DNA of 64,000 nucleotides from Sedimentisphaeraceae bacterium JB056 (GCA_044440125.1 JBITAJ010000027.1:224001-288000), one strand, 5' to 3'; positions 9,058 to 19,961 are shown, counted from the stretch's first letter. The notes: generated by a model from the letters alone, not told the origin. Made by a program: numbers and translations.

Positions 9058-12000
9058 ATGGTTGAATCTGTTTTTGAACGCATAAATGATTTTGGCTCGG
9101 TTCGTATATCTCTGGCAAGTCCGGAGGATATACGCAGCTGGTCTTACGGTGAAGTACGTAAGCCCGAGACTATTAACTACAGAACTTACCGTCCTGAAAG
9201 GGATGGCTTGTTTTGCGAGCGTATATTTGGTCCGGAGCGAGACTACGAATGTGCCTGTGGTAAACACAAAGGTACGAAATTTAAAGGTATAATTTGCGAG
9301 CGTTGCGGTGTTAAAGTTGCTCCAAGTCGTGTCAGACGTAAAAGGATGGGGCATATTAATCTTGCAGCTCCGGTTGTGCACATATGGTTTTTCAAGGCTA
9401 TGCCCAGCCGCTTGAGTACTCTTCTCGGTATGAAGACCGGAGAGCTTGAGAAGGTTGTGTATTTCCAGGACTATGTTGTACTTGATCCGGGTGATACTCC
9501 TCTGGCTCCTAAACAGTTGCTGACAGAGGACGAGTTCCGTGATGCGCAGCGTAAATACGGCAGTGCTTTCAGAGCCGGTATGGGTGCTGAAGCTATCGCT
9601 GAGCTTATAGAAGGTATTGATCTTGAGCTTTTGAGTATAGAGCTTCGTGAAGAGATAAACAATACCGGAAGCAAGCAGAAGATAACCGAATATACAAAAC
9701 GTTTGAAGACGGTCAATTCACTTCGCGAAAGTGGTAACGATCCTCAGAATATGATTCTGAAGGTTTGTCCAGTGATTCCGCCGGATCTTCGCCCGCTTGT
9801 TATGCTTGAGAGCGGCAACTTCGCTACAAGTGATCTTAACGATCTCTACAGGCGTATTATAAATAGAAATAACCGTCTTCGTAAGTTGATGGATCTTAAT
9901 GCTCCTGAAGTTATTATACGTAACGAAAAGCGTATGCTTCAGCAGGCTGTCGATGCATTGCTCGATAACAGCAGATGCCGACGTCCTGTAGTTGGCAGTA
10001 ACAACAGGGCATTGAAATCACTTACTGATATGATTAAGGGTAAGCAGGGACGTTTCCGTGAAAACCTTCTTGGTAAACGTGTTGACTACTCTGCTCGTTC
10101 AGTAATTGTGGTTGGTCCTTGGCTGAAGCTTAATCAGTGTGGTCTTCCTAAGAAGATTGCTCTTGAGCTTTTCCAGCCGTTTATTATCCGTAAACTTAAA
10201 GATCGCGGTTTCGCTGATACAATTAAGAGTGCAAAGAGAATGCTTGAACGCAGAGAAGACTGCGTATGGGATATCCTCGAAGAGGTTATCTATCAGCATC
10301 CTATAATGCTCAACCGTGCACCTACACTTCACCGTATGGGTATACAGGCCTTTGAGCCGGTACTTGTTGAAGGTAATGCTATTATTCTCCATCCGCTTGC
10401 TTGTAAAGGCTTCAACGCTGACTTCGATGGTGACCAGATGGCTGTTCACCTTCCGCTGAGTATTGAAGCGCAGGTTGAGACACATACCTTGGTAATGGCG
10501 ACTAACAATATCTTCTCGCCAGCTAATGGTTCACCTAACCTTACACCTTCACAGGATATCGTACTTGGTAACTACTATATTACCACTATGATGGCTGGCG
10601 AAAAAGGTGAAGGAATGATTTTCCGTGACACTTTTGAAGCGATAAGTGCATGTGATATGGGCATTGTTTCTCTGCACTCAAAGGTTAAGGTTCGTCTGCC
10701 GGAAGGTAAGATGCTCTTTGATGAAAAAGGTGAGAGAGAAGGCGGAGTAGTAGAAACTACACCGGGTCGTTGTATATTCAATGATGTAATACATGATAAA
10801 GCACCTTTCTTCAACCTTGTTATGAGCAGCAAGCAGCTTGGAAAAGTTATTAGCTACTGCTTTAAGTGTTGCGGAAGTGGTGAAACCATTGATATTCTTG
10901 ACAGAGTTAAAGATCTTGGTTTTAGATATTCAACTTTGGCTGGTATAAGTTTCGGTATTACCGACCTTATTATTCCGCCGGAAAAGGTTGAGATTATTGA
11001 TAGAACCCAGAAGATTGTAGATAAGATTATTAAGGGCTACAATGATGGTGTTCTCACTGAAGGTGAGCGATACAACCAGATTATTGACGCCTGGACACAT
11101 GCTCGTATTGAAGTAACAAATGCGATGCTTGACGGTTTCAAAAATGATACTCGTGACGGTAAGCCATACCTCAACCCGATTTGGGTTATGAGACACTCAG
11201 GTGCTCGTGGTAGTGTTGATCAGATTCAGCAGCTGGCAGGTATGCGTGCTCTTATGGCTAAGCCGAGTGGTGAGATTATTGAAACACCGATTAAGTCTAA
11301 CTTCCGCGAAGGCTTGAACGTTCTTGAGTACTTCAGTTCTACACACGGTGCACGTAAGGGATTGGCCGATACCGCTCTTAAGACAGCGGACTCCGGTTAT
11401 CTTACACGTAAGCTTGCTGATGTGGCTCAGAACGTTATTGTTACCTGTGATGAATGCGGAACACTACAAGGAATTACTAAGACTGCCATCTATAAGGGTG
11501 AGCAGGTTGATATATCTCTTGCTAAATTAATAGTAGGTAGAGTTGCACGTGATAATGTCCGTGATCCTCTTCGTGACGAGATGATAATTCGTGAGAACGA
11601 AGTTATAACTCCGGAAGCGGCTGCACGTATTGAAGAGCTTGGTCTGGACGCTATCAGGGTTAGAAGTCCGTTGACATGTGATGCACATACAGGTGTGTGT
11701 GCTAAATGTTACGGATGGGATATGAGTAAGAGCCAGACTGTTGAAAAAGGTATGGCTGTCGGTATAGTTGCCGCACAGTCTATCGGTGAGCCTGGTACAC
11801 AGCTTACTATGCGTACTTTCCATACTGGCGGTATTGCTTCTCGTGCGGTTGTCGAAAGCGACCAAAAAGCACCGCGCGAAGGTTATATTAAATTCCGTGA
11901 GCTTAAGTGCGTTAAGGTTGCCAATCCAGATGGTGATGACTACAATGTTTCATTGAAGCATAGGTCAGAATTGGCAATCGTTGATGAAAAAGGCCGTGAG

Positions 12001-13305
12001 CTTGAAAGCTATCAGATCGAATATGGTTTCGTTATCCATGTTGATGATGAGCAGAAGGTCAAGAAGGGTACAAAGCTCTTCAGTTGGGACCCTCACCGTA
12101 TTCCGATTCTTGCAGAAGTTCCCGGACGTATTCGTCTGCACGATATCATCGAAGGCGAAACAATTCGCTACGAGGAAGATAAATTCCCGATTGTTATCGA
12201 GCATAAAGGTGACAGACACCCGCAGATTGTTATCGAAGACAAGAATGGTACTATTCTCGATGTTCACTACCTGCCTGCTAAGGCACGTATTGAGGTTGAT
12301 GAGGACCAGGACGTCTATGCTGGTGCACTGCTTGCAAGGCTTCCAAGAGGAAGCGGCGGTACACAGGACATTACCGGTGGTCTGCCCCGTGTAACTGAAA
12401 TTTTTGAAGCTCGTAAACCTAAAGAGCCTGCTGCTATGGCTGAGCTTTCTGGTGTTGTTGAACTTCAAAGAGAAAAACGCCGCGGCAAGATGACTATTAT
12501 CATCCGCAACGAAGAGTCTGGCATGGAACGTGAGCATCATGTACCGCGTGACCGTCATCTCAACGTTCATACAGGTGATAAGGTTATGGCTGGTGATCCT
12601 CTAACACAGGGTCCGCTTGTGCCGCATGATATTCTCAGAATTCGTGGTGAAGAAGCTCTGCAAGCTTACTTGCTTGGTGAGATACAGAATGTTTACCGTG
12701 CACAGAATGTAAATATCAATGATAAGCACGTTGAAGTGATTGTTTCACAGATGTTGCGTAAAGTTGAAATAACTTCTGTTGGTGATTCTGAATTCCTGCC
12801 TGGTGAGGTTGTTGACAAGAACGAATTCCGTAAGGCAACTGCTTCACTTGCCGATAGTCTGATAGTGACCGAGGCTGGAGATACTACATTGAAGGTCGGT
12901 TCACTTGTTTCCAAGGCACAAATGTCTGAAGAAAATGAAAAAGCTGAATCGCTGCTTGGCGATCCTGCAAAGGGCAAGAAACCTAAACAACCGACAGCTA
13001 ATACTTTATTGCTCGGTATTACAAAGGCTTCATTGCAGTCTGACAGTTTTATTTCTGCGGCAAGTTTCCAGGAAACAACAAAAGTCTTGACTGAGGCAGC
13101 GTTAAGTGGTAAAATTGACGATCTTCGTGGCTTGAAGGAGAATGTTATCCTGGGCCACTTGATTCCTGCGGGTACCGGTTTCCGAAGTTATGTTGAGATG
13201 GAAGTTAAACATCTTACTGCTGAGCCGGTTCACGAGGATCTTAAAGACGCTAAAGATGCTGATGCAGCAGCTGATGCGGCAATCAGGGAAGCTTTAGGCT
13301 TATAA
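9058..13305 (+). CDS. rpoC: DNA-directed RNA polymerase subunit beta-prime
   Basis: NADFDGD catalytic motif, zinc finger, [13 protein letters not shown]. Confidence 0.99.
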   Translation: MVESVFERINDFGSVRISLASPEDIRSWSYGEVRKPETINYRTYRPERDGLFCERIFGPERDYECACGKHKGTKFKGIICERCGVKVAPSRVRRKRMGHINLAAPVVHIWFFKAMPSRLSTLLGMKTGELEKVVYFQDYVVLDPGDTPLAPKQLLTEDEFRDAQRKYGSAFRAGMGAEAIAELIEGIDLELLSIELREEINNTGSKQKITEYTKRLKTVNSLRESGNDPQNMILKVCPVIPPDLRPLVMLESGNFATSDLNDLYRRIINRNNRLRKLMDLNAPEVIIRNEKRMLQQAVDALLDNSRCRRPVVGSNNRALKSLTDMIKGKQGRFRENLLGKRVDYSARSVIVVGPWLKLNQCGLPKKIALELFQPFIIRKLKDRGFADTIKSAKRMLERREDCVWDILEEVIYQHPIMLNRAPTLHRMGIQAFEPVLVEGNAIILHPLACKGFNADFDGDQMAVHLPLSIEAQVETHTLVMATNNIFSPANGSPNLTPSQDIVLGNYYITTMMAGEKGEGMIFRDTFEAISACDMGIVSLHSKVKVRLPEGKMLFDEKGEREGGVVETTPGRCIFNDVIHDKAPFFNLVMSSKQLGKVISYCFKCCGSGETIDILDRVKDLGFRYSTLAGISFGITDLIIPPEKVEIIDRTQKIVDKIIKGYNDGVLTEGERYNQIIDAWTHARIEVTNAMLDGFKNDTRDGKPYLNPIWVMRHSGARGSVDQIQQLAGMRALMAKPSGEIIETPIKSNFREGLNVLEYFSSTHGARKGLADTALKTADSGYLTRKLADVAQNVIVTCDECGTLQGITKTAIYKGEQVDISLAKLIVGRVARDNVRDPLRDEMIIRENEVITPEAAARIEELGLDAIRVRSPLTCDAHTGVCAKCYGWDMSKSQTVEKGMAVGIVAAQSIGEPGTQLTMRTFHTGGIASRAVVESDQKAPREGYIKFRELKCVKVANPDGDDYNVSLKHRSELAIVDEKGRELESYQIEYGFVIHVDDEQKVKKGTKLFSWDPHRIPILAEVPGRIRLHDIIEGETIRYEEDKFPIVIEHKGDRHPQIVIEDKNGTILDVHYLPAKARIEVDEDQDVYAGALLARLPRGSGGTQDITGGLPRVTEIFEARKPKEPAAMAELSGVVELQREKRRGKMTIIIRNEESGMEREHHVPRDRHLNVHTGDKVMAGDPLTQGPLVPHDILRIRGEEALQAYLLGEIQNVYRAQNVNINDKHVEVIVSQMLRKVEITSVGDSEFLPGEVVDKNEFRKATASLADSLIVTEAGDTTLKVGSLVSKAQMSEENEKAESLLGDPAKGKKPKQPTANTLLLGITKASLQSDSFISAASFQETTKVLTEAALSGKIDDLRGLKENVILGHLIPAGTGFRSYVEMEVKHLTAEPVHEDLKDAKDADAAADAAIREALGL

Positions 13306-13345
13306 TTTTAATAGTAACAGGTAAGTGATAGGTTATAAGTAGTAA

Positions 13346-13390
13346 GGCAAAAGCCAAAACTTAAAACTTAGAACTGAAAACTTAAAACTT
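13346..13390. repeat. Five tandem heptamers (AAAACTT-type) preceded by GGC-AAAA-GCC mini-hairpin
   Basis: AAAACTT AAAACTT AGAACTG AAAACTT AAAACTT at 13356-13390. Confidence 0.8.
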
Positions 13391-13410
13391 AAAAAAAAGG
13401 TATATAGGGT

Positions 13411-13776
13411 ATGCCAACTATAAATCAGTTAGTACGCAAGGGACGTAAAAACAAAAGCAAAAAACGTGTATCGGACATCTCAGGTTGTCCGCAGAAGCGT
13501 GGTGTTTGTCTTATCGTAAGAACACAGACACCTAAGAAACCTAACTCGGCTCTTAGAAAGATTGCTCGTGTGCGTCTTACTAATGGCGAAGAGGTAACGG
13601 CTTATATTCCAGGTATTGACCACAACCTTCAGGAGCATAGTACAGTTGTGATCCGTGGCGGTCGTGTTCGTGACCTTCCTGGTGTTCGTTATCACATCGT
13701 TCGTGGTAGCCTTGATACTGCCGGCGTAAGCGGTCGTAAGCAGGGTAGAAGTAAGTATGGTGCTAAGAAGTCGTAA
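13411..13776 (+). CDS. rpsL: 30S ribosomal protein S12
   Basis: [34 protein letters not shown]. Confidence 0.99.
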   Translation: MPTINQLVRKGRKNKSKKRVSDISGCPQKRGVCLIVRTQTPKKPNSALRKIARVRLTNGEEVTAYIPGIDHNLQEHSTVVIRGGRVRDLPGVRYHIVRGSLDTAGVSGRKQGRSKYGAKKS

Positions 13777-13809
13777 TTGTTTGGTTTGATAAGAATAAAG
13801 GTCTAACAA

Positions 13810-14283
13810 ATGGCAAAGAAATTTACTGCGTCAGCGACACAATTGAAGGCTGATCCGGTTTACGGAAACAAGCTGGTGTCTAAGTTCGTAAACTGTCTTA
13901 TGTATGATGGTAAGAAAAGCGTTGCACGTAAGGTATTTTATGATGCAATGGCTATAATCGAGAAGCGTGTTTCAGACGCAAAGCCTCTTGAGGTGTTTGA
14001 AACAGCTATCAATAACGTAAAACCTATGCTTGAAGTAAGAAGCAAACGTGTTGGTGGAGCCAGTTATCAGGTTCCTATGCAGGTTGCTCCTAAGCGTCAG
14101 CAGTCATTGGCTTTCCGTTGGATACTGAATGCTACACGCAGCAAGAAGGGCAAACCTATGGCTCAGATTCTTGCGCAAGAGCTTCTTGATGCTTATAAGG
14201 GTGAAGGTGCGGCTATGACTATGCGTGAAAACGTGCATAGAATGGCTGATGCTAACAAGGCATTCGCACACTTCGCTTGGTAA
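13810..14283 (+). CDS. rpsG: 30S ribosomal protein S7
   Basis: [28 protein letters not shown]. Confidence 0.99.
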   Translation: MAKKFTASATQLKADPVYGNKLVSKFVNCLMYDGKKSVARKVFYDAMAIIEKRVSDAKPLEVFETAINNVKPMLEVRSKRVGGASYQVPMQVAPKRQQSLAFRWILNATRSKKGKPMAQILAQELLDAYKGEGAAMTMRENVHRMADANKAFAHFAW

Positions 14284-14313
14284 TTACCTGATTACCACGA
14301 TAGAAAATATGAT

Positions 14314-14347
14314 AGTCGCACTGTCTTTCACGGCAGCGCGACTTTTC
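14314..14347 (+). terminator. Intrinsic terminator after rpsG
   Basis: AGTCGCACTGTC...GGCAGCGCGACT followed by TTTC. Confidence 0.7.
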
Positions 14348-14373
14348 TTGATTTTAAAATTTATTGTATGCAA

Positions 14374-14424
14374 TAAGTAAAATAAAGCCGGCTGAATCAG
14401 TTTCAACCGGCTTTATTTTACTTA
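14374..14424. terminator. Bidirectional terminator-like inverted repeat between convergent rpsG and ribokinase
   Basis: TAAGTAAAATAAAGCCGG...CCGGCTTTATTTTACTTA. Confidence 0.75.
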
Positions 14425-14432
14425 CGAGTTTT

Positions 14433-14509
14433 GCCCGCTCATTAGCAGTCGCGGTACTGACGTTGGTCTATCCATATCCAACAGTACCTCAGGCCGGTAG
14501 GGAGCGGGC
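14433..14509. repeat. Inverted pair of REP-like repeats forming a long hairpin
   Basis: GCCCGCTC...GGTACTG and CAGTACC...GAGCGGGC; related single copies at 17149-17177 and 26101-26128. Confidence 0.65.
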
Positions 14510-14519
14510 TTATATGTTG

Positions 14520-15428
14520 CTATTCGGTATAGAATTCATCGAGCATCGGCATTGAATCCATTGCTCCATGACGTGTTACCGATATTGAGCTTGCTTTTAC
14601 CGCATACTCCACAGCAGCGAACGTGTCAAATCCTTTTGCCAGGAACGCACAGAATACGCCGCAGAAACAATCTCCCGCGCCTATCGTGTTGATCGCCTTG
14701 ACTTTCGGCGGTGTGATTTGCCTGCGATTGCCGCCGCTTGATACGTAGCAGCCTCTTTCGCCAAGCGTTATGATTGCTTCGTCTATTCCCAGTTCGTGAA
14801 GCTTGTCAACGCATTTGTCCAGGCTTTCCTGATCTGTGATCTTTATGCCTGTTATGAGTTGTGCTTCGGTTTCGTTTGGGATGATGCAGTCTGTTTTTGC
14901 GAGAAGCTCGGTGCTCATCTCTCTCGCCGGAGCGGGGTTGAGGATGACCTTCGTATCTTCTGATGTTACTGCCTTGGCAACCTGTATGTTGACCTCTTCA
15001 GGCACTTCATTCTGAAGCAATACTACCTTGCTTGCATTGAGCATCTCTGTACTCTTCTCAATCTGCTCAGAAGAGATACAGCCGTTGGCTCCGGCATAGA
15101 TTGTGATTGCATTATTGCCGCTGGTAGTGAGGTAGATAAGGGCGACACCTGTAGGCGTATCAACATCCCACATTGCATCACATATAATGCCTTCCTGTGC
15201 GAATTTGTCCCTGAAAAGCTTGCCGTTATCATCGTTACCTACGCAACCGAGAAAAGCAGTTTTAGCTTTTGCACGTGCTGCACCTACCGCCTGATTTGAA
15301 CCTTTGCCGCCGCAGCATATTTGATAGCTGAGCCCCTTTAGTGTTTCACCTTCCTCGGGCATACGCTCCACAGTTACCGTCTGGTCGACATTTGCGCTGC
15401 CTACTACGAACACATCGTATTCCGACAT
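14520..15428 (-). CDS. rbsK: Ribokinase (PfkB family)
   Basis: VVGSANVD, GGKGSNQAV, ILNPAPA, PNETEA, NTIGAGDCF. Confidence 0.9.
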   Translation of the reverse strand: MSEYDVFVVGSANVDQTVTVERMPEEGETLKGLSYQICCGGKGSNQAVGAARAKAKTAFLGCVGNDDNGKLFRDKFAQEGIICDAMWDVDTPTGVALIYLTTSGNNAITIYAGANGCISSEQIEKSTEMLNASKVVLLQNEVPEEVNIQVAKAVTSEDTKVILNPAPAREMSTELLAKTDCIIPNETEAQLITGIKITDQESLDKCVDKLHELGIDEAIITLGERGCYVSSGGNRRQITPPKVKAINTIGAGDCFCGVFCAFLAKGFDTFAAVEYAVKASSISVTRHGAMDSMPMLDEFYTE

Positions 15429-15463
15429 TTCTTGTATCCTTTTCCTATTATATTGCTAACAAC

Positions 15464-15504
15464 AAAAGAGGCTCGACGAAACAAACCTTTCCGCCGAACC
15501 CCTT
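15464..15504 (-). terminator. Probable terminator after the SH3-like gene
   Basis: Minus strand GGGGTTCGGCGGA...TTCGTCGAGCCTC followed by TTTT. Confidence 0.5.
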
Positions 15505-15542
15505 AAACCTTTTTGCTTATCAATCAGAATCTGTAAACAGAT

Positions 15543-16838
15543 TTATTTTTCTTCAGTTTTCGGTTCCCAGATTTCCTTGATATCTGTGAAGTAGACTATT
15601 ACTTTTGACGTGTTTACATCCGGTTCGACTTCACCGTTTAGGCCGATTTTCTTGCCTATGAGTTTTTCAGCCTTGTTCTTGATATCTGAAGATGTTGGTA
15701 TCGCATATGCTACGATAGAATCCTTGTCATCCTTTACCGCATATCTGAAATCGCCGCTTTCGGTTGTGTAGACATAGCTCTTTGCAAGAGTTCCGATCAT
15801 TACGTAGCCGGTTGTAGCGTTGATTTCTTCCATCTCTTTCTTGAGATTCTTGCGTATTTCGCTTCTTAGCTTAACGAGCTCTGAATCCTGCTGACGGATG
15901 GCTTCATCTGCAAGCTGTGCGGCTTGGTATCTCTCTACAACATCTATTAATGACTGGGCGAATTTTACGGCACGTCCATTTTCAGGCTCTGCAATTATTG
16001 CCTCAAGGCTGGTTTTGATTTCGGTATAGTCCTGAACGGCAAGCGGTTTTTGCTTTTCTTCCTTCACCTTTTCAGTTAGGACGAGGTAAGCATCAATCGC
16101 TTCCATCTCTTTGGTGTTTACCTTTACTTCAGGTTCCTTCGGCTGGACGGGCTGTTCTTCTGGCTTTGCTTCTTCTTCTGCCGGCTGCTCAATATCCTCT
16201 GATAACGGTTTGTCGAGGTCGATATCTTCGCCGTCGGCTACCGCGTCGGCTGGTTCCTCGGGTGTTTCTTCCGCGTTGTCTACGGCGTCCTTAGGTGCAA
16301 CCTTCGGCTCGGCTGGTATCTCGTTATCATTTTTTGGCATAAACTTTGAAAGCGGGCCGACATACTTGAGGTATGAAGAGTTGATCCAAAGTGAGGCATC
16401 GTCCGGCGGCAGAATCTTGTAGTAATCGCCTTCGGGTTTGCCTGCGAATTTCACGACAGCGCCCTTGTCGAGCGTTGTCTGTCTGCTGGAAGAGTGTATT
16501 GCCGAGACGTATGGAGAACCTACCCATACGTTGACTTTGTTGCCGGTTACCTCGCCTGTGGCATCATCTTTCTTTGCTACGTATTTCTGGGCTATCCATG
16601 AGAAGCTTCCCTTTGGCGGCTTTATCTCTGAGAATCCGAACTGCTCACCTTTTACAATGACGTTTGTCGGTTCTGAGAGCCTGCCGCAACGATAGTGGTT
16701 GACGCCGGCGCCGGCTCTGGTGTTGACGTTCTCGCCTATGACCTGAGCGACGTAAGGATATTTGTTTTCAGCGAATCCTGTCGTGCAAACGATGAACAAG
16801 GCGGTTATTAAAACCGGTATATATTTATTCAATCTCAT
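15543..16838 (-). CDS. Secreted protein with two SH3b-like domains, acidic Pro/Glu linker and coiled coil
   Basis: Signal peptide; VIGENVNTRAGAG and VTGNKVNVWVGS resemble bacterial SH3 starts; WI..Y domain ends. Confidence 0.7.
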   Translation of the reverse strand: MRLNKYIPVLITALFIVCTTGFAENKYPYVAQVIGENVNTRAGAGVNHYRCGRLSEPTNVIVKGEQFGFSEIKPPKGSFSWIAQKYVAKKDDATGEVTGNKVNVWVGSPYVSAIHSSSRQTTLDKGAVVKFAGKPEGDYYKILPPDDASLWINSSYLKYVGPLSKFMPKNDNEIPAEPKVAPKDAVDNAEETPEEPADAVADGEDIDLDKPLSEDIEQPAEEEAKPEEQPVQPKEPEVKVNTKEMEAIDAYLVLTEKVKEEKQKPLAVQDYTEIKTSLEAIIAEPENGRAVKFAQSLIDVVERYQAAQLADEAIRQQDSELVKLRSEIRKNLKKEMEEINATTGYVMIGTLAKSYVYTTESGDFRYAVKDDKDSIVAYAIPTSSDIKNKAEKLIGKKIGLNGEVEPDVNTSKVIVYFTDIKEIWEPKTEEK

Positions 16839-17040
16839 CTTAAATCTCCTGATGCTGTTAGATTATCAAGATAATTTCGGGCAAAGCACATACTTATGCC
16901 TACAAAACTCCTAATATACATCACTTAAACTATTTATACCATGATTTTATACTTAAAAACGTAAATTTCAAACCGTAAATCATAATTTTTGCTAATTGTT
17001 ACGCTATTAATGCAGCTTGCGCGTTTGTGTTTTTTTTGAG

Positions 17041-17103
17041 ATAGGCAAGAGGCATTTGGCATAAGGCATTAGAATAGGCATAAGGCACAAGGCGATAGGC
17101 AAT
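17041..17103. repeat. Degenerate heptamer tandem repeat (TAAGGCA-like)
   Basis: ATAGGCA AGAGGCA TTTGGCA TAAGGCA ... TAAGGCA CAAGGCG ATAGGCA. Confidence 0.8.
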
Positions 17104-17148
17104 AGTGTGTTGAGTAAGTTGTTGTATTAGGCTGGTTTATGGGGGTTT

Positions 17149-17177
17149 CTGCCCGCTTCCTTTCGGGCGCAGTACTG
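17149..17177. repeat. REP-like hairpin, direct repeat of 26101-26128
   Basis: CTGCCCGCTTCCTTTCGGGCGCAGTACTG vs CTGCCCGCTTCTTTTGGGCGCGGTACTG. Confidence 0.75.
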
Positions 17178-17490
17178 TAGATGATGGGGTGAGGAAAATT
17201 TTTTAATTTTTTAGAATTGGCAATAGTGTTTGGGCGATTTTGTGCGAAAATGCAAGCAACTTGGACACTTGGTTTGTGCCTGATAGCAAGATAGTATAAC
17301 TTTTTTTGACCTGAATTTAACCAAAAGTGGTCTCAAATGCGCCCAAAGGCGCGCTTTTTGTTCACTTTTTGACGATTTTTGGTCAAAAATGGCCTGAATT
17401 TGAAAAAGTCTCACAGGTTTGTGGAAAAAATTGGAATTTAATGATATTATCGTGCTATTTTCTGGGTTTAGAGGCTTCGAAATGGGTTTT

Positions 17491-18020
17491 TAACCACGAA
17501 TCACACGAAGTTCACAAAAATACTTAACGCAAGGACGCTAAGACGCATAATTATATAGATAGCAGTGAGTAGATAATATGGCTTTCGCCGTGAGGGGGTG
17601 ATAATTTATTGTTTTTGCTTGAAGTTTTTTATGGACTGTATGGACGAGATTGACATAATGGAATTAGCTATTAGTGGACAATTAGGAATTACGAATTAGG
17701 AATTAGGTGTCAGCGATTAGCTATAAGCAGTAAGCTGGAAAAGTTCAATAGTAAGATGCAAGGATTGAAAGAACTACTAATTGTTTTTTTACCATGAAGA
17801 GATTTAAGGGCTTGAAGTTTTTAGCAGATTTTTTTGGGACGGAATTACAGGGTTTTATGGGATTGATGGGGTTTTTATGGACTCTATTGACGAAATGGAC
17901 ATAATGGACGTAGTTATGTTTAGCGATCAGCTATATTAAACCACTGATGGCTTGGAGGCTCACAGAGGATTTAGACGGAATTTTTTTGTTAGACAGGATA
18001 ACTGGATTTTACAGGATTTT
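17491..18020. repeat. Mosaic of short 7- to 9-mer tandem repeat blocks upstream of hsdM
   Basis: AATTAGG-type x4 (17680-17707), AGCxxTA-type x4 (17712-17739), ATGGACnnn blocks (17631-17662 and 17877-17910), ACAGGAT-type (17992-18019). Confidence 0.75.
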
Positions 18021-18026
18021 TTATAT

Positions 18027-19754
18027 ATGATGAATTTTCAGGATAAGGCTAATTTTATCTGGCAGGTTGCGGATGATATTCTTCGCGGGGCGTTTAAGCA
18101 GCATGAGTATGGAGAGGTTATCTTGCCTTTTGTGGTGCTGAGGCGTCTGGACTGTGTGCTTGAGGATAGAAAAGATGAAGTGATAGCCACTTATGAGCAG
18201 TATAAGGATGTTCTACCTGATACAACGCAGGTGTGTATTGCGGCAACGAGGAAGGATAAGCAGGATAAGGGGCTTAATTTTTACAATACTTCCCATTATG
18301 ATCTTCGCCGTCTTACGCAGGATGCGGATAATATCGAACTCAATTTCAACAACTATATCAACGGCTACAGCAAGAATGTACGTGATATTATTGAAAATTT
18401 TCAGATAGATAAGGTTGTGGGGAAGCTGGTTAAAAACGGCTATCTCTATCAGCTTGTTGATAAGTTTACAGAGGTTGAGCTCCATCCTGATATTGTGTCC
18501 AATCATCAGATGGGGTATATATTTGAGGAGCTTTTGAGGCGGTTTTCGGAGATGTCTAATGAGACAGCCGGTGAGCATTATACGCCAAGAGAGGTTATCC
18601 GGCTGATGGTGAATATTATGTTTGCCGAGCATAAGAATGAGCTTGAGGGTGAGGGGATCATCAGGACGGTGTTTGACCCTGCTTGCGGCACGGGCGGAAT
18701 GCTTACTACAGCCAAGGAGTTTATCCAAGAGCATATCAACGATAAGGTTGAAGTGCATATGTTTGGGCAGGAGCTTAACGAGCAGACTTATGCTATCGCT
18801 AAATCCGATGTTCTTATAATGGGAGAGCAGGAAGGTAATATCAGGCAGGGGACGAGCTTCAGCGATGATAAGTTTGCGGATATGCAGTTTGATTATATGC
18901 TTACTAATCCGCCTTTTGGCGTGTCGTGGAAGAAGGAAAAGACTTTTATCACGAACGAGGCAAAGAATCCATGCGGCAGGTTTTCTGCGGGGACGCCGCG
19001 AATATCAGATGGTGCGCTGCTGTTTTTACAGCATATGATAAGCAAGATGGAGGTGAACGGCTCAAGGATAGCGATAATTTTCAACGGCTCGCCTCTGTTT
19101 ACAGGAGATGCCGGAAGCGGTGAGAGTGAAATACGCAAATGGATAATTGAAAATGACTGGCTTGAGGCTGTTGTGGCTTTGCCTACGGAGCTTTTTTATA
19201 ATACGGGCATCGCAACGTATATATGGGTTGTTACTAATCGCAAGAAAGAAAAGCGGCGGGGGAAGGTGCAGCTTGTGAACGCGGCGGGATTTTTCTCGAA
19301 GATGAGAAAGAGCCTTGGCAGTAAGCGAAATTATATTACTAATGAGCAGATTGCGGAGATTACAGATATTTACAGGCAGTTTGAGGATGGGAAGTATTGC
19401 AAGATATTCGATAATGACGATTTCGGATATACGAAGGTTACCGTTGAGCGGCCTTTGATGGCGGATGGGACGCCTGTAACTGATAAGAAGGGCAATCCGA
19501 AGGTAGATACAAAGCTGCGCGATTATGAGAAGATACCTTTAAGGCTGGATATTGATGAGTATTTTGAGCGGGAAGTGGTGCCGCACGTGCCTGATGCGTG
19601 GATGGATAGAAGCAAGGATAAGGTGGGGTATGAGATTAATTTTACAAAATATTTTTATGAGTATAAACCGCTTAGACCGCTTGAAGAGATTAAGGCGGAT
19701 ATTTTAGCCCTTGAAAATGAGACTGAAGGACTTTTGAAGGAGATACTGGAATGA
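18027..19754 (+). CDS. hsdM: Type I restriction-modification methyltransferase subunit (m6A); start moved to ATG 18027
   Basis: FIWQVADDILRG, GEHYTPREV, DPACGTGG (motif I), NPPF (motif IV), GYEINFTKYFY. Confidence 0.96.
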   Translation: MMNFQDKANFIWQVADDILRGAFKQHEYGEVILPFVVLRRLDCVLEDRKDEVIATYEQYKDVLPDTTQVCIAATRKDKQDKGLNFYNTSHYDLRRLTQDADNIELNFNNYINGYSKNVRDIIENFQIDKVVGKLVKNGYLYQLVDKFTEVELHPDIVSNHQMGYIFEELLRRFSEMSNETAGEHYTPREVIRLMVNIMFAEHKNELEGEGIIRTVFDPACGTGGMLTTAKEFIQEHINDKVEVHMFGQELNEQTYAIAKSDVLIMGEQEGNIRQGTSFSDDKFADMQFDYMLTNPPFGVSWKKEKTFITNEAKNPCGRFSAGTPRISDGALLFLQHMISKMEVNGSRIAIIFNGSPLFTGDAGSGESEIRKWIIENDWLEAVVALPTELFYNTGIATYIWVVTNRKKEKRRGKVQLVNAAGFFSKMRKSLGSKRNYITNEQIAEITDIYRQFEDGKYCKIFDNDDFGYTKVTVERPLMADGTPVTDKKGNPKVDTKLRDYEKIPLRLDIDEYFEREVVPHVPDAWMDRSKDKVGYEINFTKYFYEYKPLRPLEEIKADILALENETEGLLKEILE

Positions 19755-19780
19755 GTGAAACGGGTTTTAAGCACGAGATT

Positions 19781-19920
19781 AATTGTTAATTGACAATTGA
19801 AAATTGAAAATGGATAATTGAGGTGTTCGCTGTTGCTCACGATTTTTTATGGCTTACGCCGTGATGTGGATTTTACGGGATTGATTTTTTGACGGGATTA
19901 ATTGACAATTGATAATTGGG
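19781..19920. repeat. Heptamer repeats (AATTGAA-type) and GGC-TTAC-GCC mini-hairpin between hsdM and hsdS
   Basis: AATTGTT AATTGAC AATTGAA AATTGAA AATGGAT AATTGA; ATGGCTTACGCCGTGA matches ATGGCTTTCGCCGTGA at 17578. Confidence 0.75.
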
Positions 19921-19961
19921 CATATAGGTCTGATAAGACTTATAATTGCGAATTTAAGGAT

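Noticed and set aside
27..13809. Many antisense and alternate-frame ORFs over tuf, rpl, rpo and rps genes
   Set aside because: Shadow ORFs produced by the codon bias of highly expressed genes; no motifs or RBS.
14433..14509. Possible SRP RNA, 6S RNA or 5S rRNA
   Set aside because: Lacks the SRP domain IV GNRA motif, is too short for 6S and shows no 5S similarity; better explained as an inverted repeat pair.
17211..17527. Short ORFs 17211-17414 and 17327-17527, and a possible IS end (TTTTGACC...GGTCAAAA)
   Set aside because: No recognisable protein features and no partner end or transposase to support an element.
17041..18020. Possible CRISPR array
   Set aside because: Units are 7-10 nt tandem and heterogeneous; there are no constant 23-47 nt repeats with unique spacers and no cas genes.
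17952..18026. ORF-track N-terminal extensions of hsdM (also hsdS, rplK, rplL, lacI, iclR and others)
   Set aside because: The extensions run through repeats, promoters or operators; downstream ATGs match family N-termini and usually have an RBS.
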